A stretch of 64,000 nt of DNA from Lepidodermella squamata. Taxonomy: Eukaryota > Animalia > Gastrotricha. A program made the position numbers and the translations under genes. A model generated the notes under the pieces. The model did no database searches and was not told the DNA's origin. It saw only the letters and a program-made list of their open reading frames with translations. Positions within the stretch are counted from its first letter, which is position 1; every line of letters begins with the position of its first letter. The stretch covers positions 3,782,001 through 3,846,000 of the forward strand of contig JBLDXI010000013.1 of the NCBI GenBank assembly GCA_047495785.1, in the 5' to 3' direction. Below are positions 25,658 through 37,421 of the stretch, piece by piece.

Positions 25658-26946
25658 ATAGCCTCGAAGAAGGGCAATCTGAAATTGGCATATGATGTCA
25701 ATTTTGATTTCCATTGAGCAGCCACGGAAATGCTTTCGGCGCCTGATTTCTTTCTTTCTTGAAAAACACCACAAAGAAATCCAATTTTCCAGGAATTAAT
25801 TCCAAGCTTGAATAGTTAAAGAAAATGTTTGTTGCGACTGATTACCGTATTGCCCAAAAATGATGTCAGACCCAAATAAATTGAAGGGTTGGGCTAGCAT
25901 TAGGGCCCTCTTTTTGAACGTTTCTCATTTGACTAGTCTATTTCAGGTATTACGGTAAATAACTGGGTCTCTTTACGATACGCCGCATTGGATAGGGCAT
26001 CCTGTTTGTTGATCGAATTATCTCAGCATGCCGTGTGAGCATTTCAACCGAGATCCTTTCGCTTATCAATGCGCAAACAAACCTGAGCAAAATCCGGTTT
26101 TAGAATTGTTTCAGATCTTTCAAAAATCTGCCGCGAAATTCCAACGTTCAAACGTGGCTGTCTCAGGGCTGATCGTGAATTACGCAAAATGACGATCAAA
26201 ATCAAAACGGAGATGAAAAAAAACGAAATCTATTTATATGATTTTTATTTTTCATTCAGGATTTTTGAGGGAATAATGTATTGTAAAGGATAGACAGGCA
26301 GTGGTCGAATAAAATCATTATTTCATTGTATGAATGAATAATTCATGCGATTTCTGGACTTCATCTTGGCGGTTTTCATTTTGATATCGCGCAGCCGTTG
26401 AGCGGTAACAATTTCCTTGTTCCACTAGAAATTACGTTCAATTATTTCAAATTATCATCTTCAAATCACTGGAATTTATAGAGCTCGTACCTGAACAATG
26501 CCGGCGAGATACTCTGGGTCGAGATGCTTTTCCCTGAAAGTAGACAACGTTCGTTAAATGTAATAAATATATGTAAACGTTGCGGTTTCAAGTTTCAAAT
26601 TTCGTAACCCAGCGTGTCACGGAACTGGCGAAGATCGCACTTGAAAAATAGCATTAGTAATTGTGACAGTTCACAGTCGGGGGCTCGCGAAGAAGCGCTG
26701 GTACCCGCTACCTATAAACTCGCGCGCGCGCGCAATAAGCCTCAGCAAACACTGGCGTAATCAGGCTGTTCAAAAAGCCGCGCGCGCGTTACGAATTCAC
26801 ACACGCAATTCAATACGGCACGCAGGGCCAGATCGGTGAAACGTGTGTGCCTTATTGGCAATGCCGCCGTGATGCTTTTGTCGAACGCTCGTCAAGCGCG
26901 TAATCCTCTTCAACGCGAGACATCTGTTACGACCAGCCACGGCCTT

Positions 26947-26986
26947 TATAAACCGGGCAAAATCGCCGTAGAACTCAGGCTCAGTC
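26947..26986 (+). promoter_or_regulatory. TATA box and initiator-like element of the Gly/Tyr precursor gene
   Basis: TATAAA at 26947 and an Inr-like TCAGT at 26981, shortly before ATG 27014. Confidence 0.5.
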
Positions 26987-27013
26987 TAGATTTCACTCTC
27001 AGATCCAACCATC

Positions 27014-28082
27014 ATGAAGTTATTCGTAGTTCTACTCTTCGCTGCTGCTTGCTACGCAGAGGACGATGACAAGGAGAAGCGCCAAATTCTCTACCCTGGC
27101 GGCGTTGGACTGGGCTACGGCGGTCTAGGCTACGGTGGCTTTGGTGGCTACGGCCTTGGTGGTGTCTACGGCGTCGGCTATCCTGGCGGCTACGGTGGTT
27201 ACGGCCTCGTTGGTCGCAAACGTCGCGATGCTGAAACCGAAGACACGAACGAAGACAAGGACAAGCGTCAAGTTCTGCTACCAGGAGCTGGCCTCGGTCT
27301 CGGCTATGGTGGTTACGGCCTTGGTTATGGCGGCGGCCTTGGCTATGGTGGTCTCGGCTACGGCGGTCTTGGCTACGGTGGCTACGGTGGCTATGGAGGC
27401 TACGGCGGTTATGGCCTGGTCGGTCGCAAACGTCGCGATACCGAAGAAGCCGACAAGGACAAACGTCAAATTCTCTACCCAGGTAAAACAAATCCGCTTA
27501 TTTTTAGTTCGATCGGTTAATAATTATTCTCTAATAGGCGCTGTTGGTCTCGGTTATGGCGGCGGCTACGGTGGTCTGGGTTATGGCGGATTCGGCGGCG
27601 GCTATGGTGGTCTCGGTTACGGTGGTCTTGGCTATGGCGGTTACGGTGGTTATGGCCTCGTTGGTCGCAAGCGTCGTGATACTGAACAAGTCGAATCGCC
27701 CAAGGAAAAACGTCAAATCGGCTATGGCGGCTTAGGTTACGGTGGTCTCGGCTATGGCGGCGGCTACGGTGGTCTGGGTTATGGCGGTTTCGGCGGCGGC
27801 TATGGCGGTCTGGGCTACGGTGGTGGCTACGGCGGTCTCGGCTATGGCGGATATGGTGGCTACGGTGCCTATGGTCGCAAACGCCGCGATACTGCTGATG
27901 TCGAATCGCCCAAGGATAAGCGTCAAATTGGTCTCGGCTACGGAATGGGTTATGGCGGCTTGGGTTACGGTGGCTTCTACGGTGGCTACGGTGGTCTTGG
28001 CGGTTACGGCTATGGTATGGGCTACCCAGGCTTCGGAATGGGCTACGGCGGTTACGGCTACCCTGGCTTGATCGGTCGTTAA
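27014..28082 (+). CDS. Secreted Gly/Tyr-rich multi-peptide precursor (337 aa; exons 27014..27482, 27538..28082)
   Basis: Signal peptide MKLFVVLLFAAACYA. Five units of KR-Q...(GYGG/GLGY)n...G-RKRR (the last ends G-R-stop) separated by acidic spacers. A 55-nt intron joins the two ORFs in phase. AATAAA at 28178. Confidence 0.92.
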
Positions 28083-28350
28083 TTTCGTGATCTTTTGCTA
28101 TTTCTGTGTCTCTGCTGTGTCCTCCAACTTTTAATTCCAGCTTTTAATTATGTGTTACACATCCGATGATTGATCAAAATAAAAAATGAAGTTGCTTTGT
28201 TAAATGAACTTTTTTTGCTTTGCTAAATGAGTGCGGTTGAAAAGACGAAGCTGAAGATTGCTATTCTAAAATTGTTTCTAAAATTGTCCCTAGAAAATTC
28301 CTAGAAAATCCGCTGTGTAAAATACTTATCGCCGATTTTCGAAATGCTAG

Positions 28351-28852
28351 CTAATTTTCTCTTTGAGAGCAAACTGGCGCAAAGCGATTCCGCAAAATTT
28401 TTGTCATATACAGAAAGGCAATTTCGCGGCGCCTTGAATTCCAGCTGAAATACTGCTGAAAAAATCCTACAAACTCGATAAAACCTACTCGGTTCGGATC
28501 ATCATGTGGCAAATGAATATAACCATGACTACGATGACTGAAATGATGACGAAAACCGCAAAGCCAAGTGTGCAGACCTCGGCACCAAACTGCGGGTGCC
28601 AAATCGAGCTGTAAATTTCACGAATAAAAAAACTTGAAACTGGCGAATCAGATTTTACCCGAAGTAATTCGAGCACCAATCATCTGTACCAAAGGCTGAA
28701 GAAACATCGGTTAACGGATTGCCCTCGAGGTCGAACAGTGTCGGTTCAGGCTCGGGCGAAACGTCGTCAGCTGTTACGATACAAGGAGCAGGAGTTGTAG
28801 TCTTTTTCTGAACTACTACAAGTAGCTTATCAATCGGCCGCTCGGCCTTCAT
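28351..28852 (-). CDS. Small uncharacterised single-pass membrane protein, 3 exons
   Basis: ORF 28655..28852 splices in phase to SIWHPQFGAEVCTLGFAVFVIISVIVVMVIFIC (one TM helix), then to DWNSRRREIAFLYMTK...REN*. Confidence 0.55.
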
Positions 28853-29385
28853 AATATCTCAACCGCTGAATTTCGCTACTACACTACTACTGAACATCGT
28901 CGGCTGGCTCTCGGGATGCCCAGTCGCAAATTTGCGATCATGACCCAAGTCGGAATACGCATTTTATTATAACCGCATCTTTATTCGGCGCTTTTTTGTC
29001 GCAAGTGGCATTATTATTATAATTATTACAGAAATACACACGCACCCCGAAACAAAATTCTGCTGCTGCTGCTGCTGTACAGATAACTTCTGTTTTTTCT
29101 TGTCTCATTACAATAATATTACTATTTACGTATAAACATATATACGGCATATATATCGGCGCGCATATTTCGCGAAAAGAAAAATTCGAACACGAAAAAC
29201 GAGAGAGAGAGAGAAAGAGACACATACACGAGAGTTGATGGCGAAACACAAACAAAAGGCCAATATATATGATTATTATCAGGAGACAACGATACAATAA
29301 TCAAGTGCAATCTTTTGGCTTGAATGACACGCGGATAAATCGAACGCCGATCATAGCGAATATTTTAAGAAGATACATGTTTAAT

Positions 29386-29406
29386 AGAGAGAGAGAGAGA
29401 GAGAGA
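29386..29406 (+). repeat. (AG)n microsatellite
   Basis: About 10 uninterrupted AG units. A second imperfect tract lies near 29201..29220. Confidence 0.85.
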
Positions 29407-30111
29407 ACGAGATAACATCGTCATTGTAATTACTTCTCTTCACCGCAATTTGAAAGATTTCAATCATTTTCGGTCGTAGTATATTAATTATCGAGAAAAT
29501 CTAGATATTCCAAGCGAAAATAAGTAGCAATAATTAAATTTCATCGAATATCAACGTTCGTAATAAGTGTTATTTTATTAGGGTAGTAATAAGTACGTAC
29601 ATTTTGGTTTCGCTCCAAAACGTGATAAGGGTAAAAGTCGGCGAGGTAGAGCTCGTGTTGTTCATTTACGTATATCATCAACTGTTGTAATAGCCATTTC
29701 ATTGTATTCTTCGCCATTATTATATTGTCGTTAACACATAGTAGTACGGTTTTTATTTAGTTACATGGACACAGAGTGCTGTGAAAGCCATTCAAACGAA
29801 AACAAGTCTACTACAGATTTCGGCCCATTCTCATAATATTCAATATAACGCAACAAGTCGGGCGGCTTTTCAAAGTAGAAGGTCTAGGTAGCAACACAGA
29901 CAAACATGTATGGCATGTAAAACGCATGCGAAATTGAGACATGGTAGAGTGGGTTTCAAAAAATCAATTTAAACGCAAAAAGAAACCAAGGAAAAAATTG
30001 TAAAAATTATTTTGAAAATTCCTCCTTAATTTTTACACATTTTTGCAGGATTCTTTCTGAGCTTATTTTAGACGGCGTCTTTATATAGAAAAATTATCAA
30101 GACATTTTCCG

Positions 30112-33100
30112 CTATGATACACATGTGGAAGAAGAATCTGCCTGGGCTGCGACTGGGCTGCTTCTTACCGGGTCAGCTTCCATCGGCACGATTTCTGGCG
30201 GCACGGCAGTGGCTACCAATCTTAATTTCTCCTCTTCTTCAAGATTTCGCGTTACCGTTTCAACAGCCGACTGCAAACACTCCTCCGCAGCCGTTTTCTC
30301 CTGATCATTCTCAGGCACCGGTGACATAGGCACCGATTCAACCTCAGTTGGCGATGCCGAAGAAGAGGATTGGGCGACCGATGTCGATGAACTAGATTGC
30401 GAGGTTGTTGATCTCGAGCGATATTTTGGCGGTTTAATCGGCGCGTACCGGTCTAACAATTGATGCGCAACTGGCACGTGCACTGAAAATAACTGTTGAA
30501 TTTCTTGCGAAACAGCCGTCAGCCTGCGATTTAGTTCAGTAAACATATCTGGCAGTTGAATATATTCAAATGGCATCGATGGTAACAAGTCGCTGATAAC
30601 AGCTGACGGCGTTTGTTGCTGGTGTTGCTGCCGGGTTCGAGCCGACTGCCGCGCGGCACTTCCACCAGCCGACAGCCTGTGCCCGCCTCGGCCTCTTTTC
30701 GAAGGCGCGCCGTTACCGGGCGTTGAGTTGGTATTCGAGCCAGCCACGCCGTCAGCGGAACTTTCACCGGGGTGGTGATTTCGATGAGGTAAACCGGAGT
30801 CGATAGAACGGTAGCTGTCCACTAATTCCGTTACCCGCGAGCCGACGTTCTCTTCGAGGGACATTTGATCGTCGATCGATGTTAGAAATTGAATTATTCG
30901 CCAACCGGCTGCTTCACGCGCTATATGAGACCGCGCCGCAACGCAGAATTCCGACAAAGCTGGACATCTCTCATCTACATTGAGAAATAGACATTTGAAC
31001 ATACAATTCTTATCTGGAATTATCTTAGTTTTGAATTTGTTTTTTTTCATCTTATAAAATAAGTCGAGCATTTTTTCATCGGGCGTGGCAGATGAAAAAA
31101 TAATGGTCAGTAAGGCAAAAAAAAATGTTGACACGCGCGTTAATATCAATGCACGCGATGAAAATGTGGTTCATCCAGAATTTTCCGATCAATTTCTTTT
31201 GGCAGTTCAAATATCAGCTTTTACACACCTTTTGCGCGAACATCCGAATGCCGTTCGAAATGGTTATTTCGCACGCGCCACGTGCATCGGTAGAACGACG
31301 ACAACTTCGGCGTTGGGTTTTGCTGATACTTCGAAGTTTTACTGCTTTTCGCCGAAGATGATGAAATTTCGTTTTCGCCATTTCGCAACGAAAACCACCG
31401 AACGCCCTCGCTATCAACAAATTCAGTCAACTCGCCGGAAAGAAGTTGTGCCATCTTCCGATCGTCGTCTGTCATCTCCGGCTCGGGTGTGGACGATGCG
31501 TCCGCTTCTTCCTTAATCACAATCGAATTGCTGTTGACAGATTGGCTGTTCGAGTGACTGGAAACTGACGAGGCGCCGCTGCCCGCGTTGCCCCCACCGG
31601 TTCCTGAGCCATGTTTATTTGGCCGATGGTGAGTAGCCGATGTGGTTGATGATGAAACCGCCGGTATTTGAGAAATTGTGTTCAGAGGGTCGAAATTTAC
31701 CATAAGGTTATCAGGACCCGAGCGCGGTCTGTAATAAACAAAATTCGCAATTCTTAGCAAATAGTTAATTAAATCATGAAAAATTCCAAACTTTATATTT
31801 TTGACTAATTTTTTTAAATAAAGTGCATATTTTCACTAACAATAACTGCTGCTTCCGTGGTTTTTTCCGGGCAGGAGGATCTGAACCGTTGTCATTTGTT
31901 TCAGATTTCACACCGGCTTGACTAGAAACCGATGAAGTTGATGCGTCGCGATTAAGCAAGCCAGGCGGGGCAAGGGTATGGCTAGAAACAGCGTGGCCAG
32001 TTGATTGCTGTTGTTGTTGTTGTTGTTGTTGATGGTGATGGTGCTGATCTCCACCGGTCTGCTGCACTGAGCTAGACGAACTCACGACTGCAGCCGTAAC
32101 AGGGGCGGAAGAATGCGTGGCAGCGGTAGAGCTGCTGCTTGAGACCGACGTGGGGACATACATTGGAGGAGCGTGGTGGGATGGGTTGGAGTTTTGCTGC
32201 AAAGACGGTACAGTTGATACGGTTCCGATAGGAAGTCGTGTTATACGCCGCGGCGACTGAGCAGCCGCGCTCTGAATAGTAGAACTGCTAACAGTGTTAG
32301 CGACTTCACCGGCAGGACGTTTCCGAAGAATACCAGGGCGAGAGGAAACGCCATGCTGACCTCCGGACAGATCGGTCTCAGTCATCACAGCTTGGCCGTT
32401 ACCTCCAACCGGGACGGCAGGGCGGGAATGGGGGTAATTATTATGAATATGGGGCGACCATGGCACACGGTTAGCGGACGGTTGCACTGGGAAATTTTTC
32501 AGCTGAGAAACAGAGCCAGATGATTGACCACTCAGTGAAGATTGGGAAGAATACATCGGAGGATTGAACTGCTGGGATTGAGCATCACTCGCCTAACAAA
32601 AATATCGAATTACTCATTTAAAATCTATACCAAGTGATAACTAACCCGTCCATCAGCGCGAGATATTTTATTAGCATTGGACGATGCTTGATCTGCGGCT
32701 GAAATTTTTACGATAGGTATCACCGGAGGACCACTGTTCGATGATGGGCCACGAGCAACCGATGAGCCACTGCTTTGCACGACGCTAGGCCTCACAATAG
32801 TGGCTGAGGACGAAGCAGTAGATGGAACTTTGGTTAGTTCTCCCTGTTGCTGTTGAATTGGTACAAGGCGGGGTTGGCCGCCTTGCGTGCCAGGTGTAGA
32901 TGCGGTTTGAAACGCATTCATTCCAGAGCTCGAAGGCGGTTGAAACGGCGAAGATGCCAAGAGCCTTACGCCTCCAGAACTAGAGCTCGTAACCACCGGG
33001 GAGGCAATAACAACAGGTGGCATATCGTTGTTGTGCGACCTAGAGGCACATTTGAAGATGCATTGCAAGGATATTGTCAATTGCTAGAATAAAATTACCT

Positions 33101-33862
33101 TTTAGTATCGGTTGAATGATGATGACTATGACTACGGTGTCCGGTACTATTCACTTTAACCTGCTGAATACCAGCACTAGAGTTGCCACTAGGGCCAACA
33201 ACTGCAGTAGGCTGCTGCTTGACTATTAACGCTGGAGTGGAAGACCCTGAATGGCTTTGCCCAGTTGTGCGTACTGAAAGGCCAGGCGAGGCCGACGGCC
33301 CGACTTGTGGTCTTTGAACCGCGTTGACATTACTCGGTGCCGATTTGATAACTGCTTTAAAAATTGAACAAAGTTAATAAACCATTTGCGCAAATTCACA
33401 CAGCAACTAACGAGGTGACGAGTAAACAGCTGGGCCAGCTGATCCTGGCTGCGGAATAGATGGGAAACCAGACAAGCCATGAAACGGATTAGAATTCGCT
33501 TTCACATCTGAATATATTTGAATAAATGTCGAGACCAATGTAAAAAGGCAATCAGTTACCAAAAAAGTTTGGCGGGCCAGTAAAGAGTGGCCTAGGTTGT
33601 GCATTGTTGACCATTTGTTGGAAAGCCACTGCAGCAAATGACGGATGCAGAGTCAACGGTGACAATGCGCCGGTAAACATTTGAGGTACCTAGCCAAAAT
33701 TATTGAATAAGTTTGCTTTAAAATTGAATGTAATGTAATACTAACCGGAAATAAGTTTGATGCTGCCTGGGTGAGCTGTTGTCGAGCTTTTTCATCAGTG
33801 GCAAAAAGCGGTACAGATAGGTTACCACTCCTGTCGCCTTCGTTAGGTGCTTTATCACTCAT
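30112..33862 (-). CDS. SAP130: Sin3A-associated protein 130 (multi-exon, low-complexity N-terminus)
   Basis: RPGILRKRP, PARKKPRKQQ, W....NHFERHSDVRAK and AGWR motifs characteristic of SAP130. Ser/Gln-rich spacers. Confidence 0.82.
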
Positions 33863-35193
33863 TCTCGGATACTCAGATAAAAAAATAAGAACGCATGTCA
33901 ATATCCTACACGAAGAAAGTGACATAAGAAAATTAGAACACATTTCAAGTCAGTGCTTCGGTGATAGATGAAGCCAACTGCCCACCAATGTAGAAGTACT
34001 ACGCAAACGCTTAAATAACGTTCGAAACTTGAAGTAAATTGAAGAGAAACCAAGTATAGTCGTTAGCCGTTAGCAAACGAAATAGAAAGGGATGAAAATA
34101 TCGCAATCATTCATTAATAAGCATTTCCTTGACAACAGGGGATGTAAGGATTTAAGGGCGCTCAACTGAAAAATATGATATGATCACTGCCAAGTGGAGC
34201 TACTGGAATAATTTCTCCACTAGATCCGCGAATTCCCACTTCGAAAAGTATTGTGTTACCTTATAGTTCAGTATTAGAGAGCAATGAGGCTGGTGTGTAA
34301 GCCATGCCAGATATAGGGTGTTTTCAAGACACTTTGGCAGTGCGCATTGCGAGTCGGCTTCGCTAGCTTCGCGGACGCTCTTTGAACTCAGTCACTGAGC
34401 CCGCGCGACGAAAATTCAAAATTTTTAAAAACTATTTCATGCCTGAGCAGTTATAACAATATTGATTTTAATTAGTAACAATTCGTCTTATAAACTGTCA
34501 AAACTATTTTTTCGCCGCGATTGCCCGCGCTTTTTTGCTTCTAACGCGGCGCGCCTAACCTCAGCGAAAGAAGAGTGCGCGTGCCAAGCGGTGCTGATTG
34601 CTGACCCGGGATCAGGGATCGATTAGCGATTATTGAGGGTATTGAGCATTTGAATTATCGAGACACGCCAGGCCGTCAACAAAATTAAAAACAATGATCT
34701 GCTTTGATTTGGCGGGTATCTTGTGGAAAAATCTCGATCGGTCCTTAATTTATACGCGGCTTCCAGCCGAGGGTGACAACAAGGTTATGTTGCCCAAAAG
34801 CCGTCAAAGTGGTTGCTGATAGCTTCAGTTAAGTCAAAGCGAAACGAGAGAACATCAGGCGACAGGCGACGCCGCCAGACTTGAATCTAAATTGCCATGG
34901 GCCATGCGATTAGTGTTGTATCCTTTCACTAATTCGATCTAAGTTTGTAAATCTGGAAACCACAAAACAGAAATGGAAACGATTTCTTAACTCGCGAATT
35001 ACAAATTGACGGGCATTGTTAAGAGAAAAGGATTAAATGTGGATTTAGCGCATGTTTGATGCCATTACTATGTAAGCTTGTAACTGACTCAGTCTATTGG
35101 CACTGGGTGCAGTATTTTAACTCTTTCTTCATTTAGAAATATTTGATATATAATTCATTTTAGAAACCTCTGTTTTACATGATATTTACTTGA

Positions 35194-37302
35194 ATGGCCG
35201 ACGAAAATGCTAACCCTGAGAAAGATACACGAGCACTTCCGCCAACTCCAATGAGAACAAAGTTTGCGGTGTTCATTCCGTCGGACGAATCATTGACTGG
35301 AGTTTACAATTCGAAAGCCGAAGCTCTGTCGGTAGTTCAAGGTCATAAAGGTGCCCGATTCGCACCAGTTCAGGGCGAAGAAGATGCCCAGGATTTCTTC
35401 TCTGGTGAAAAGTTAAGCATATCAACGCCTAGAATACCTCAATCTGGATTGGCCGATGAATCCTGTCCGTTTTCCACTCCATCTATGTACGGCGAAGTCA
35501 TGTCAGCCATCAATTGCGGGGATCTTCCAAGGCTTCAAAATTTAATCGAGCTGAACCCTCTCTATCTCATCACAAAAGTCGATTCGCCGACTATTTTACA
35601 CCAAGGAGCTCGTTACAACGCGTTGCATTTATGTGCCAATAAAGATCTTGTCGAGGTGGCAAAGTTCATCATAAACGTTCTTCGCAGTGGTATTTTGTTT
35701 TCCCGATTATATCCCAATGACACTCTCGAAACGAGGCAGTCGAGGATAACGCGGGTGCTAGATATGTATATAAATAGCCCCGACCGGCATAGAGCCGAAA
35801 CTCCCCTGCACTTCGCAAGTAAGATGGGAAATGCTGAGATGGTTTGGCTATTAGCCTCTCAAGAGGAGTGCTTATTCGATGTTAAAAATATCGATGGCTT
35901 GACGCCTGCTCAGGTTAACTGCAGCCGCGTGTCGGTTGTTAACGAAGAAAAGCGGCGTCGAATCGAAAGTGCCCTACGGGGGCAATATTACATCATCATT
36001 TTGCGGTCATATTCGAATCCTCTCGAACCAATGGTTCGCCCGCCAATTCGTGCCTCCTCAGACTCGGTGAAAGCCAGGCAACTGCTGAAAGGCGATGACA
36101 CTCAGCTTTATAAAGTTAGTGCATATATGGGACCTATTGCACAGGAGACTGCGAAAGATATTTTCGAAACACTGTCGAAGCCCTCTCGTCGGCGTCGTCG
36201 GCTCAATGAATCATTTCGGATGGATGTAAGTTTGATTTGTATCCAACATGATTCGGCTCTCATTTTGTGTGTATTTGCAGTCTAGCTTGATGACCCCGAA
36301 TCGAAGTTGTCTCTATGAATCCAAGATATCTCCAATGACTCCCATGACGCCAATGACACCCCGCCGCCCTGATCCTTGTGTCGCCGATCCTAAGTACGGC
36401 CTAGAAAACTGCGCTCGTCAACTCTGCCAAATTAGCGACGTCCCGTTCTACGAATGTTTCGAATTCCTTAGAGGTGAAGGCATTGATCTCACGTCGCATG
36501 CCGGTTATTTTCAGATGGAAGAATTTCTAAAAAGCAAGCATCTACAAACTTGCCCCGGGTGCCAAACTTGCACTCAATCGCTTTCAAACTCGAAAATGGC
36601 GCCAACTATCGTCGGTAGTCCGCCTGTTCTCGTTGAACCACCCGATAGTGGAGATGATGACGTTAGAGATAAGAGCTTTTCTGACCGAAGCAACGGCTCT
36701 TTACCGAATTCTCCTAATGTTAATACAACACCATCATGGAGGTATATCACTCAGCCTGTGAAATGGGTCGGTCGCATCTTTTATGGAATGGCTGGTAATA
36801 ATTTCAAATGTTAGCTTTAATAATTTGGTAACATTTATGTTAAGGTTATATCCTCGGTAAATCGCCGAAGCCTGCTCTGAAGAGCCCAGATCGCGCCGAT
36901 GAACTGCCGAAACCTGTCAGAACGTTTACACAACCTCGTGTCGAGCTCACTGATTCGTTTATCGAGCAGTTCGCGTCTATGAAACTGACATCTGGCGATT
37001 CGCCTAAAGCGCCAGCTCGTGAAAATCTCAACGTTAGCAAAGATTTTTCTGAATCTGGTGACTCCATGTGTGATTCTGCTCCGTCCACGGTCTCGAACAA
37101 GAAAAGCTTTATTTTTTTCGGGGACAATCCTTGCAAGCCATCCGACGAAGACTTTCACATTTTCAAGCTCATCAACGGTGATGACAAATACGGTGAAAAC
37201 TTCCTGTTATCGCCTATCGACTACCCGTTTCTTAGTTGCTGGTACGAGCAAGTGCGCTATGTGAAAGAACATACTCTGTCTAATTGTATTACTGACGACT
37301 AA
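35194..37302 (+). CDS. ANKLE2: Ankyrin repeat and LEM domain-containing protein 2 (LEM4), 3 exons
   Basis: GVY....EAL.......GARF (viroplasmin-like domain), NPLYLI...DSPTIL..G.RYNALH, YINSPD....ETPLHFASK, GLE...R.L, and C-terminal F..G..P......YP....W. Confidence 0.88.
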
Positions 37303-37421
37303 CTAGTTTATTCTCGCTGATCTTCTTCCACTGGTTGCAAACACTTTTTTCGCAAAAAAAAACAATTTGAATGGTTGCTGTACTTATTTTAATTCTTGTT
37401 AATTTTTCCACTTAGATAGCG

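Noticed and set aside
25300-26650. Short ORFs and possible exons between CHMP1A and the Gly/Tyr gene
   Set aside because: No consistent exon chain or recognisable motif could be built.
27135-28071. Ala/Val/Thr-rich alternative-frame and antisense ORFs over the Gly/Tyr gene
   Set aside because: Shadow frames of GGY codon repeats.
17573-28082. P450 plus Tyr-rich precursor as a RiPP-like biosynthetic cluster
   Set aside because: The genes are about 8 kb apart, separated by RFC4, CHMP1A and another gene, and the P450 looks like an ordinary CYP2-clan enzyme. No evidence beyond proximity.
28938-30100. ORFs 28938..29310 in the SAP130 downstream region
   Set aside because: Low-complexity, microsatellite-containing sequence most consistent with UTR or intergenic DNA.
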